From: Gammaproteobacteria bacterium
GTDB lineage: Bacteria; Pseudomonadota; Gammaproteobacteria; Pseudomonadales; Azotimanducaceae
Direction of reading: 5' to 3'
Assembly (NCBI GenBank): GCA_018656865.1
Contig: JABHYO010000087.1
Coordinates: forward strand, 2,099 to 66,098
DNA: 64,000 nt
Shown: positions 52,612 to 61,249 of the stretch, piece after piece
How positions within the stretch are numbered: the stretch's first letter is position 1
Layout: every line of letters begins with the position of its first letter
Translations under genes and position numbers: made by a program
Notes under the pieces: model-generated
What the model was told of the DNA's origin: nothing
Seen by the model: only the letters and a program-made list of their open reading frames with translations
Databases searched by the model: none

Positions 52612-53883
52612 GTGTTACGTTGTTTGCAATTTGTTGTTCTGTTATCGATTAGCTATGTGCCGTTGGTCTCTGCGCAATCTCTTGAAGAAGCGATCAAGAC
52701 GACCCTCAAGACCAATCCCGATGTGCTTGTCAGTGAGTACAATGTCAACGCTGCAGAGCAGTTACACAGGCAGTCCAAAGGTGCCTATCTGCCGTCGCTC
52801 GATGTCGTTATAGCCGGTGGCCGTGAGAGTTCAAACAACACGACAACAAGAGCGTTGGGTCGGGATGATCTGAAATTGACTCGGGCTGAAAGGAGCATTC
52901 GTGTCACTCAGTTGCTGTTTGATGGTGCGGCGACCATAAACTTCGTCAAGCAACAATCTGCCCTTGCTGATTCCGCTCTCTCCCGGTTAGCCAGTGCGCG
53001 TGAAAATATCGGTCTGCGAGCAATACAGGTCTATCTGGAATCACTACGCCGCGATGAAGTCGTTCGGTTGGCCGAAGAAAATCTGGGTCATCATGAAGAG
53101 ACGTTGGGAAAGATCACCGAGAGATTTGAAAGCGGAGTTGGCACCAAGGTAGACGTCGTTCAAACCCGTGGCCGTCGTGCACAGGCGAAGTCAAATGTCT
53201 TGTTATCTCAGCGGGAGTCAAAAAACGGAATCGCTGAATTTTACCGCGTAGTCGGGGAGTATCCGGAGAGCCTCGAGCTGCCAGCAGCAGTACAGGGACT
53301 CCCCGAAACACTGGAGCAGGCACTCGAAATAGCCCTTAAACAGAATCCCGCTATAAAGGCTGCAGCATCTGACCTTGATGCTGCGGCTGCGGCCAGAAAA
53401 TCCGCGAAGGGAAGCTTCTTTCCTCGGTTTGATCTGGAACTTGGTGCAACGCGTAACGATGATACTGATGGTTCCTTAGGTGCAAATGACGATGAGACTG
53501 CAGTTGTTCGGATGACCTATAACATCTACCGAGGTGGTGCCGATCGGGCCAGGCTGAACGAAGCGGAGGCCAGAGAATTCGCCTCGCGGGAAGCCTTGAA
53601 GAGTACCCATCGTGCCGTTGAAGAAGACGTCACTCTCATCTGGAACGAACTTCAGGATATCCTGATTCGTTTGGAGTACCTCGATGCACATGTGAAATCC
53701 ACAGAAGAAGTACTTGTTGTTTACCGGGAACAATTGACCCTGGGTAAACGTACACTGCTGGACCTGCTCGATGTGCAGAATGAACTGCTGCGTGCCCAGA
53801 TTGCCAAGATATCGGGAGACCACATTGTGCTGCTGGCTCGATATCGTGTGCTGCTAGCACCGGGCAGTTACTGGACACAATAG
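52612..53883 (+). CDS. TolC-family outer-membrane channel
   Basis: Signal peptide LSISYVPLVSAQS, then LEEAIKTTLKTNPDV and a duplicated OEP repeat. GTG start 7 nt after the AAGGAG SD. Confidence 0.85.
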   Translation: MLRCLQFVVLLSISYVPLVSAQSLEEAIKTTLKTNPDVLVSEYNVNAAEQLHRQSKGAYLPSLDVVIAGGRESSNNTTTRALGRDDLKLTRAERSIRVTQLLFDGAATINFVKQQSALADSALSRLASARENIGLRAIQVYLESLRRDEVVRLAEENLGHHEETLGKITERFESGVGTKVDVVQTRGRRAQAKSNVLLSQRESKNGIAEFYRVVGEYPESLELPAAVQGLPETLEQALEIALKQNPAIKAAASDLDAAAAARKSAKGSFFPRFDLELGATRNDDTDGSLGANDDETAVVRMTYNIYRGGADRARLNEAEAREFASREALKSTHRAVEEDVTLIWNELQDILIRLEYLDAHVKSTEEVLVVYREQLTLGKRTLLDLLDVQNELLRAQIAKISGDHIVLLARYRVLLAPGSYWTQ

Positions 53884-53907
53884 GCCTCGACGAGTAACGC
53901 CAGTACC

Positions 53908-53963
53908 GTCATCCTGAGCGCACCGTGGTCGCACACGACCGGAGAATCTCGTCGAGATTTCTC
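53908..53963. repeat. Intergenic repeat family B, copy 3
   Basis: GTCATCCTGAGCGCACCGTGGTCGCACACGACCGGAGAATCTCGTCGAGATTTCTC. It shares both ends with 23073-23130 and the GTCATCCTGA head with the 35.4-kb array. Confidence 0.5.
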
Positions 53964-53994
53964 TCTGTTAAAAAGGTATAAAAAACAAATAGTT

Positions 53995-55407
53995 ATGATA
54001 GGCGTGGGTCTGGATTTTGGCACATCGAACAGTGCAGCGGCCTGGTACGATGGCGAGGGTGTGCATCTGATCCAACTCGAGGATACAGATCCCATTATGC
54101 CCACAGCAACTCATCTCGATCGTGAACTTGCGACACTGACCGGGGAGGCTGCCGTTCAGCAGTACATCGAAGAAAATCGCGATCGCATCGTCGAACTTAC
54201 GCCCGAAGTTATTGCGAAGACATCACTGCTGACCGGAGAAGCTAATCCCGATGACCCGCATTCTGAGGCGGAGACCGCTACCGCAAATGTCTACGGGCAA
54301 CCCTGGGTGGATCGAGGTATGCCGGGGAGGTTGTTTAGAGGCGTAAAGCGCTTGCTCGGTAATCCTTCGATTAAGAGATTGCTTGTCTTCGATCATCCAT
54401 TTCGACTGGTGGCGTTGGTGACGCCGATACTGCTTAGGATCAGAATGACCATCGAGCAGGTGTTGAACGAGCCTTTCCCGGATATTCATTTTGGTCATCC
54501 GGTATTGTTTGAAGGTCATGAGGCATACAGGAACGAGCTGGCCTTTGAACGACTTTCAGAAGCCTGCAGTCACGCGGGTATCGATAGGATGACATTTTAT
54601 CCAGAGCCAGTGGCCGCAACGTTGAGTTATCGTCACGATGAACGATCGCCTGATAGCGGTTGTGTGCTGACGGTAGACTTTGGCGGCGGTACTCTCGACC
54701 TAAGTGTCGTCCAATACTCTGGTTCTGAGTTCCACGTACTGTCGACAACGGGGACGTCTCTCGGCGGTGATCACATCGATCAATTGATTTTTCGAAAGGT
54801 TTTATTTCCACACTTCGGAAAAGGCGAAAATTGGTCGCGGGTCAAGGACGGCAGACTGATCGAGGGTGAATTTCCCTTTGAAGAATATGAAGACAAGCTC
54901 CTGAACTGGGCGGTGACCTACATTCTGAATCAGAACCAGTATCGCTCGAAGATCGTGGATCGTATCAATCAGGGGGGTGAAGGTGCTGAAAAATTCGAGC
55001 GGCTTCAGGAACTGATCACACACAATTACAGCTATCTGGTTTTTCAGGCTATCAAGGATGCTAAAGCGGAACTTTCTTCCCGTGAGGAAACGATGATCGA
55101 TATTCCGGAACTTGATCTCAGCATATCGTTTACTCGACAAAGTCTGGAGGAACTGATGCAGGACATGCTCGAACAGATTCAAGATATCGTTGCAAAAGTA
55201 ATACAGATGGCGGGTCTGGCTGAAGACGATATTGATATTGTCATCAGAACCGGTGGTTCATCGCAGATAGTTGCAGTTCGTCGACTACTGGAATCCAGGT
55301 TCCCTGGCAGGGTAACCGAACACGATCCTTTCACCAGTGTCGCTGCGGGTCTGGCCATTGCTAGCTATCATGGCTACGAGTTCCAGTCTCAGGCAGGCGC
55401 ACAATGA
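53995..55407 (+). CDS. Hsp70-family ATPase lacking a substrate-binding domain (YegD-like)
   Basis: GLDFGTSNSAAA phosphate-1 motif, VDFGGGTLDLSVV phosphate-2, IRTGGSSQIVAV adenosine motif. 470 aa, similar in size and layout to E. coli YegD. Confidence 0.8.
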   Translation: MIGVGLDFGTSNSAAAWYDGEGVHLIQLEDTDPIMPTATHLDRELATLTGEAAVQQYIEENRDRIVELTPEVIAKTSLLTGEANPDDPHSEAETATANVYGQPWVDRGMPGRLFRGVKRLLGNPSIKRLLVFDHPFRLVALVTPILLRIRMTIEQVLNEPFPDIHFGHPVLFEGHEAYRNELAFERLSEACSHAGIDRMTFYPEPVAATLSYRHDERSPDSGCVLTVDFGGGTLDLSVVQYSGSEFHVLSTTGTSLGGDHIDQLIFRKVLFPHFGKGENWSRVKDGRLIEGEFPFEEYEDKLLNWAVTYILNQNQYRSKIVDRINQGGEGAEKFERLQELITHNYSYLVFQAIKDAKAELSSREETMIDIPELDLSISFTRQSLEELMQDMLEQIQDIVAKVIQMAGLAEDDIDIVIRTGGSSQIVAVRRLLESRFPGRVTEHDPFTSVAAGLAIASYHGYEFQSQAGAQ

Positions 55408-55498
55408 CAGAAGATAAAAGTTGTGTCAGCAGCAGGGTTCCCTCCTGAACCTGATGGATTAGAGGCACAATACTGAGGTTTATGGCATGGGACTGCTT

Positions 55499-56758
55499 CT
55501 ATTCGAACTCCTGCTCGGTCTTTGCGAAGAGTAGATAGAAAACCAGGCCGAAAACATTGATCGCCGCCGCCACTTGAAAGACCAGTATCCATGAATCGGT
55601 CCATTGAAGAATCAGCCCGCTTACATAGACGCCGATGATACCTGGCATTGTTCCCGCCGTATTTGAAATACCCATTAGCGTACCTGCGTGTTTCGGTGCC
55701 AGATCGATATGGTTGGTACCCCAGCCCCCTAGCGCGAATGCCCCAATCGCGCTGCCGAACGTCATCAGGGCGATGGCCGCGACAGCGGATTCAACATAGC
55801 CAACGAAGGCAAATACAATGGCACCACCTCCAAAACCTATTGTCTGCAGCAGTTTTCGAACGAATATTACCTTAGTGCCACGGCTGATTAGCCTGTCGGT
55901 CACTACGCCTGCGACATTGAGAAACAGGAAAGAGGCAATCGACGGAATCATGGTGAAGAGGCCGACAGCAGCAAAGTTAACACCAAGACCCTGTGAGACA
56001 TAGGTCGGTAGCCAGGACAGCAGAACATACGCACCCCAGTTGCTGCAGAAATGGCTGACGATAATCGCCCAGACCGCCATCGAGCCGAGCATGGCCCGAA
56101 TAGGAGGCGGTGTCGTACTCTCAATGTCGGGGTTACCGGACCTGATTTCAGCCAGCTCGCTTTCCGAGATTCCCGGATAGTCTTCGGGATTTGTACTGGC
56201 GAATCGGTTCCATAGAAAAAACCAGAACACGCCAACGATGCCAAATAGATAGAACGCCCATTCCCAGCCGAGATACAGGATGATGATCGGCGTCAGTACG
56301 AGCGCACACACGGTACCGAGTGGGATAGCACTGAAGGCGAAGCCTATCGCTCTCGTCCGCTCTCTTATGGGAACCCATCTGGCGAAGAGACTGTAAATGG
56401 AGGGGAAAGTTACTGCTTCCCCTAGCCCCATACCGACTCGTGACAGAAGCAGTAGCGTCAACCCGGCGAAAGCTGCGGATGGGGTCAGAACGGTAAAAGC
56501 TGACCAGAATAAGACGCCGAAGCCCAGTACTTTCTTACCGCCAAAGCGGTCGGCGAGCCAGCCTCCGGCAATCTGTGTCAGTAAATACCCCAGGAAGAAC
56601 GAAGACATGATGAGACCCTGAGTACTGCGGTCCCAGCCGAATTCCTCTGCCATCGGAATGATTGCGACCGAAATATTGACCCGATCGATATAGCAGATAA
56701 AGCTCGCCATGGAGCACATGGCGATCATGTTGTAGCGTTTTGGCCAGTTCCCACTCAC
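55499..56758 (-). CDS. MFS transporter (anion:cation symporter/ACS-like)
   Basis: 12 TM helices. GWLADRFGGKKVL (MFS motif A) after TM2. Confidence 0.85.
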   Translation of the reverse strand: MSGNWPKRYNMIAMCSMASFICYIDRVNISVAIIPMAEEFGWDRSTQGLIMSSFFLGYLLTQIAGGWLADRFGGKKVLGFGVLFWSAFTVLTPSAAFAGLTLLLLSRVGMGLGEAVTFPSIYSLFARWVPIRERTRAIGFAFSAIPLGTVCALVLTPIIILYLGWEWAFYLFGIVGVFWFFLWNRFASTNPEDYPGISESELAEIRSGNPDIESTTPPPIRAMLGSMAVWAIIVSHFCSNWGAYVLLSWLPTYVSQGLGVNFAAVGLFTMIPSIASFLFLNVAGVVTDRLISRGTKVIFVRKLLQTIGFGGGAIVFAFVGYVESAVAAIALMTFGSAIGAFALGGWGTNHIDLAPKHAGTLMGISNTAGTMPGIIGVYVSGLILQWTDSWILVFQVAAAINVFGLVFYLLFAKTEQEFE

Positions 56759-56855
56759 TGACTACTCCCCCATTGTAGAGCCTCTAAGTGTACAGACCTT
56801 TGCTTGTAAACATGAAACGTGGTTTATTCGCGTGAATAGTCCGCAGGAGAAAAAA

Positions 56856-58034
56856 ATGGCTGCGCTGGATGGTTTGAGGATTCTAGACCTCAGTCAGTAT
56901 GAGTCAGGGCCTTCGTGTACACAGGCGCTGGCCTGGTTGGGTGCCGATGTCGTTAAGGTGGAACAGCCTGGCATCGGGGACCCGGGCAGGGCTATTGGTG
57001 GACTCGATGATTACTTCATGATGTGGAACTGTAACAAGCGGAGCGTGACTCTGGCGCTTGGGACCGACGCAGGGCACGAGACACTGCTCAAAATGCTGCC
57101 CCACTATGATGTCTTTCTCGAAAACTACGGTCCGGGAGTTGTCGAGAAACTAAAGATCGACTACCAGGATCTGAAAGCTGTCCATCCCGAGATCATCTAT
57201 GCCAGGGTCAAAGGGTTTGGCAGTGATGGCCCCTATTCGCAATACAAGTGTTTTGACATGGTTGCCCAGGCAGCGGCAGGTGCTTTTTCTGTCACTGGTG
57301 AAGCAGACGGTCCGCCTATGCGTTCCGGCGCGACTATGGGTGATACAGGAACAGGTACACAACTCGCCATGACGATTCTGGCAGCGTATGTTCAACGCTT
57401 GAGAACGGGCGAAGGCCAACTCATTGAACTGTCCATGCAGGAAGCAGTGACCTATTACTTGCGTACTATCTTCAGTGGCTCGGCTCAGGGGCAACGGGTG
57501 GTCAACAGAATGGGTAACGGCGTAGATCCTCTGATGACGCTGTATCCATGTGCTCCCGGCGGTGCAAATGACTATGTTTTCATCATGGCGTTAACGCCGA
57601 GAATGTGGGAGATGGTCACAAAAATCATAGGCAGGGAGGAGCTGTTCGTCGACCCACGTTTTGCAGACCCTGCATTGAGAATCGAAAACTGGGATCTGCT
57701 ATATGACGAGATATCCGCCTGGACCTCGCGACATGACAAACACGAAGCTATGAAAATGCTGGCAGAAGCGGGCGTTCCCGTCAGTGCCACCATGACTTCC
57801 GCCGACGTTTACAACGATCCGCACCTGCTCGCCAGAGGCTTTATCGAGGAGATCGAAACCGAATCGGGGGATACCTTCCGCATGCCGGGGTTTCCGGCAA
57901 AGATGTCAAAAAGCAGTGTTGCCATCGAAGCGGCCTCAACACTCGGTGTGCATACACAAGAAGTTATTTCCGCTGATCTTGGTTTGTCTGGAACAGAATT
58001 CGACGCACTTAGTAATAGTGGTGCGTTTGGTTAA
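56856..58034 (+). CDS. Family III CoA-transferase (CaiB/BaiF/Frc-like)
   Basis: LDGLRILDLSQYESGPSCTQALAWLGADVVKVEQPGIGD matches family III N-termini. ATG 7 nt after the AGGAG SD. Confidence 0.85.
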   Translation: MAALDGLRILDLSQYESGPSCTQALAWLGADVVKVEQPGIGDPGRAIGGLDDYFMMWNCNKRSVTLALGTDAGHETLLKMLPHYDVFLENYGPGVVEKLKIDYQDLKAVHPEIIYARVKGFGSDGPYSQYKCFDMVAQAAAGAFSVTGEADGPPMRSGATMGDTGTGTQLAMTILAAYVQRLRTGEGQLIELSMQEAVTYYLRTIFSGSAQGQRVVNRMGNGVDPLMTLYPCAPGGANDYVFIMALTPRMWEMVTKIIGREELFVDPRFADPALRIENWDLLYDEISAWTSRHDKHEAMKMLAEAGVPVSATMTSADVYNDPHLLARGFIEEIETESGDTFRMPGFPAKMSKSSVAIEAASTLGVHTQEVISADLGLSGTEFDALSNSGAFG

Positions 58035-58116
58035 AAATCAGAGCCCTCTTTAAACCATTTCCCCTCTTTTGCGTCTAAACTGAAGCCGAACCACTTGAAC
58101 AAGGCCGTTAGTCAAC

Positions 58117-58641
58117 GTGTCAGTAGCTGAAAGTGCGGACGATGAATCGCAGCTCATAGAAAGAGCAAGGAACAACGATTATCGTGCCTACGAAGAACTT
58201 TATCGCCTACATATTGGGCGAGTCATGGGGCTGTGCATCCGTTTGTTGAATGATCGGGACCTCGCCGAAGACATGGCCCAGGAGGCTTTCATTCAGGCCT
58301 GGCGTAATTTGTCTAAATTTCGTGGTGATAGTGCTTTTGGTAGCTGGCTTTATCGTATTACGACGAATACGGTACTGAGTTATCTGCGCAAGCAGAAGCA
58401 TTTTCAAAACAGCCTGGATGTTGATGATTTAGAACTGGAATACCGGGAAACTCAGGACGAACAGATCGGACTGGAAGCGGCCATCGCCACTTTGCCGGAT
58501 GGTGCAAGGGCGGTGTTTATCTTGTATAGCCTCGAAGGCTATACCCATGATGAGATCAGCCGTCTACTCAAGATTGCCCCAGGCAGTAGCAAAGCTCAGC
58601 TGCATCGCGCCCGGAAGTTGCTAAAGGAGCAATTGTCATGA
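58117..58641 (+). CDS. ECF-type RNA polymerase sigma factor
   Basis: Region 2 AEDMAQEAFIQAWRNLSKFRGDSAFGSWLYRITTN. Region 4 HTH YTHDEISRLLKIAPGSSKAQLHRARKLLKE. GTG start. Confidence 0.9.
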   Translation: MSVAESADDESQLIERARNNDYRAYEELYRLHIGRVMGLCIRLLNDRDLAEDMAQEAFIQAWRNLSKFRGDSAFGSWLYRITTNTVLSYLRKQKHFQNSLDVDDLELEYRETQDEQIGLEAAIATLPDGARAVFILYSLEGYTHDEISRLLKIAPGSSKAQLHRARKLLKEQLS

Positions 58642-58775
58642 CCCGCCTGGTCGAATTCGTGGTGATTCTGAAGGGGTTCAAAGTTGAACTGCTTCTCGTT
58701 CAAACCCTTTTCCAGCAGTTTGCATCTAATTTGAATAAGAGGATTTGCATCAGCAGATTTAGCTATGGAGACTGA
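58638..58775 (+). CDS. Unannotated 45-codon ORF bridging the sigma and anti-sigma genes (speculative)
   Basis: AAAGGAG SD 8 nt before the ATG at 58638. ATGA overlap with the sigma stop. Its TGA (58773-58775) lies 11 nt inside the next ORF. Peptide MTRLVEFVVILKGFKVELLLVQTLFQQFASNLNKRICISRFSYGD. Confidence 0.3.
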   Translation: MTRLVEFVVILKGFKVELLLVQTLFQQFASNLNKRICISRFSYGD

Positions 58776-59289
58776 AGACAAAAACCTGATCAGCGATATC
58801 GAGCTAGCAAGGCTAGTGAGAGATCTGGATCGTGAAAAGCCGCCCCAGAGAGATCTGTGGGAGGGCATTCAACGGGGAATTCTCGATCATCCTCAGGCGC
58901 GAAGAGATCGCGACTCGAACTATTGGATGCCGTACGCGGTAGCAGCCAGTATGCTGATCGCCGTTTCAGCCCTGATGTTGAATCTTGTTCAGATGCAGGG
59001 TGGCTATCCTCAGGAAGTTGTCGGTATCGACCGCCTGGAACAGGAATACGTCCGGGTTCGTAATCCCATGATGGAAGAATTTTTCACGGTGAATGAGTCT
59101 CTGGATAAAAAGACCAAAGATGATCTGTTCAGAAATCTCGACATTCTGGCACAGGCGAGAACTGACCTTGAGCGTCAAGTCAGGGAAAACCCGGACAACC
59201 GTCGCCTGGTGGAAATGCTGATGACAATCCATGAACAGGAACTGGAACTGCTAAAGCAGGACTATACCCGGCCATCAAGGTCGATGTAA
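58765..59289 (+). CDS. Putative single-pass anti-sigma factor
   Basis: Called by position after the ECF sigma. Cytoplasmic N-domain, one TM (YAVAASMLIAVSALMLNLV), periplasmic helical C-domain. No SD of its own. In-frame stop at 58732 excludes an earlier start. Confidence 0.55.
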   Translation: METEDKNLISDIELARLVRDLDREKPPQRDLWEGIQRGILDHPQARRDRDSNYWMPYAVAASMLIAVSALMLNLVQMQGGYPQEVVGIDRLEQEYVRVRNPMMEEFFTVNESLDKKTKDDLFRNLDILAQARTDLERQVRENPDNRRLVEMLMTIHEQELELLKQDYTRPSRSM

Positions 59290-60263
59290 TGAAGCGAAGA
59301 GGACACTCGGTGATGAGTTTCAATAAACTGGTACTACTGGCGGTTGCCAGCCTTCTGTGGATGAATGCCGCAGCTGACGGTGAGGATGTTGACAAGAGCC
59401 TGCCTGCCAGTGCTGATACGCTGGTCTCGGTCAATGTGCAGCGCGGCTCGGTGAAGCTTCGGGGTTGGGACAAGAATGAGGTTCGGGTTTATGGCACGCT
59501 GGATGAGCAAACCAGGGAGTTTATTTTTGAAGAGCGAGGCGATGAGATTCGCATACATGTCAGAGTCCATGATCGCAAAAACGGCTGGTTCTCAGATGGT
59601 CAAGCTTCGGATCTTACTATCAACATCCCCAGCAGCAGTAAGATCGAGTTTGGCGGTGTCTCAACAGATGTAGATGTAAGGGACTTCGAAGGCGTTGTTG
59701 ATATGGGCGTGGTTAGTGGTGATCTTTATCTCGAAGGTGGCAGCGGTCGTGTCACGGTTCAGACAGTCAGCGGCGATATTGAAATTCACGACAGCGATGG
59801 TCGGGTTCGCGTAAAAAGTGTGAGTGGCGATGTTGAAAGCTATAACACGACGGGCGATTCCTCCTATTCCAGCGTCAGTGGCGATCTACTCATTGAAGAT
59901 GGTGGCAGGGATCTGCGACTGGAAACAGTATCTGGCGATGTCGAGGTTAACAATAAAGAAATGGACAATGTCGGTGGTCACTCTGTGTCCGGTGATATCA
60001 AGATCAAAGGTGATCCTGTTGCAGGCGGTACGATTGAATTTGATAGTGTCAGTGGCTCCATCCGCCTCAGGCTGGGTGGTGATGTTAATGCCAGCTTCGA
60101 TATTGAGACTGGTTCAGGTTCGATTCGCAACCGAATTTCAGATGACAAACCCAGAGTTTCGAAGTACATGAGAGATGATACGCTGCGATTTAGCCTGGGT
60201 GACGGAGAAGGACAGGTGATCATCACGACACGATCAGGAGATATCAGTATCGGCAGCCGATGA
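59289..60263 (+). CDS. Exported DUF4097 (Toastrack/LiaG-like beta-solenoid) protein
   Basis: Signal peptide LVLLAVASLLWMNAAA. At least seven VSGD[ILV] repeats (VVSGDLYL, TVSGDIEI, SVSGDVES, SVSGDLLI, TVSGDVEV, SVSGDIKI, SVSGSIRL). TAATG overlap with the anti-sigma gene. Confidence 0.8.
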   Translation: MKRRGHSVMSFNKLVLLAVASLLWMNAAADGEDVDKSLPASADTLVSVNVQRGSVKLRGWDKNEVRVYGTLDEQTREFIFEERGDEIRIHVRVHDRKNGWFSDGQASDLTINIPSSSKIEFGGVSTDVDVRDFEGVVDMGVVSGDLYLEGGSGRVTVQTVSGDIEIHDSDGRVRVKSVSGDVESYNTTGDSSYSSVSGDLLIEDGGRDLRLETVSGDVEVNNKEMDNVGGHSVSGDIKIKGDPVAGGTIEFDSVSGSIRLRLGGDVNASFDIETGSGSIRNRISDDKPRVSKYMRDDTLRFSLGDGEGQVIITTRSGDISIGSR

Positions 60264-60343
60264 GCTTTTGTTGCCAAATGGGGCAAGATCATTGTAAATA
60301 GCTGATCACATCGCTTGTATTACTGGACTCACTCAAGGCCTTC

Positions 60344-61234
60344 ATGTTTTTCGTCTTTCTCTTCGCGCTGTTTTTCAGTGCCGATCTTCTTGCTTATGAA
60401 TCCGACCAGTACAGGAATCGAACGCAGTACGTGGCCGACTCTCTCGAGGTAATGGATCTTGAGGTTAACGACGCTCTGCGCCGTATTATCAAGCAGAAGC
60501 GTCAGCCAGGCAGCCGACATGCTTTCTCCCGTGCAATTTGGAAGGAGGTCGGTGGCTGGTACTGGGCCGACAAAATAGAACGCTGGGCCGCACGGAGTCC
60601 GACGGGAGATAAGTACGATCAGACCCGCCATAAGAGTATCTATCGCAGCATGCCTATATGGGCGACCCGGGTAAATTTTATCTTCGGCGTTGGCAGGTCT
60701 TTTCGTCTTAATGATGAGATGGTTGGCTCGGATAAATTTGGACATTTCTTTTCTCAGGGGTTCAAATACTACAAGCGTGAACTCCGTGGTGAGAGTCGCG
60801 AACGTCTCCTTGCCAAGGGTGCATTTGCAGAGCGGTGGATCTTCGGTCAGCTGACCACAGGGGTTTATTCCAATGCCGATCTTGTCGCCAACTACGAAGG
60901 TTGGCGTTTCTATCAAAGCCTATTTCAAGATGATGTCATACCTGGAAAGAAATCTATTTTGAAGAGAACCGAAGGGCGATACGTCCTGCAAAGACCTTTT
61001 ACCTGGGCTGATCACATTAATGCCTACTGGGATGAGGCGCTCAATCCCTCCTTCAACGTGAAGTCTCTGAACTGGCGCCTGCGCCAATCCATTCTCAAGC
61101 TGTGTTCGGAAGTAAAAGAGGCGCCGGAATTCTATTTAGTGCCAGATGACGGTGAACTCTGGGCACGATATGCCGATATCGGGTTGAAGGACAATCGTTC
61201 TAACCAGTTTGTGGCCATCTGTGGGTTGAACTAG
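60344..61234 (+). CDS. Exported hypothetical protein
   Basis: Signal-like MFFVFLFALFFSADLLA. Basic/aromatic-rich mature part (SDKFGHFFSQGFKYY, NADLVANYEGWRFY). No family recognised. Preferred over the antisense ORF 60329-60916. Confidence 0.5.
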   Translation: MFFVFLFALFFSADLLAYESDQYRNRTQYVADSLEVMDLEVNDALRRIIKQKRQPGSRHAFSRAIWKEVGGWYWADKIERWAARSPTGDKYDQTRHKSIYRSMPIWATRVNFIFGVGRSFRLNDEMVGSDKFGHFFSQGFKYYKRELRGESRERLLAKGAFAERWIFGQLTTGVYSNADLVANYEGWRFYQSLFQDDVIPGKKSILKRTEGRYVLQRPFTWADHINAYWDEALNPSFNVKSLNWRLRQSILKLCSEVKEAPEFYLVPDDGELWARYADIGLKDNRSNQFVAICGLN

Positions 61235-61249
61235 AAACCCGGCGGTCGG

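Noticed and set aside
58075-58116. ECF-type autoregulated promoter (GAAC ... CGT) upstream of the sigma gene
   Set aside because: GAAC motifs are present (ccGAACcacttGAACaagg). The spacing to a CGT(C/T) -10 element is either too short or runs into the GTG start. This is not supportable by eye.
60329-60916. 195-aa minus-strand ORF overlapping 60344-61234
   Set aside because: The plus-strand ORF is longer, has a signal-like N-terminus and fits the spacing of its neighbours. The minus ORF has no start context. Kept only as a caveat.
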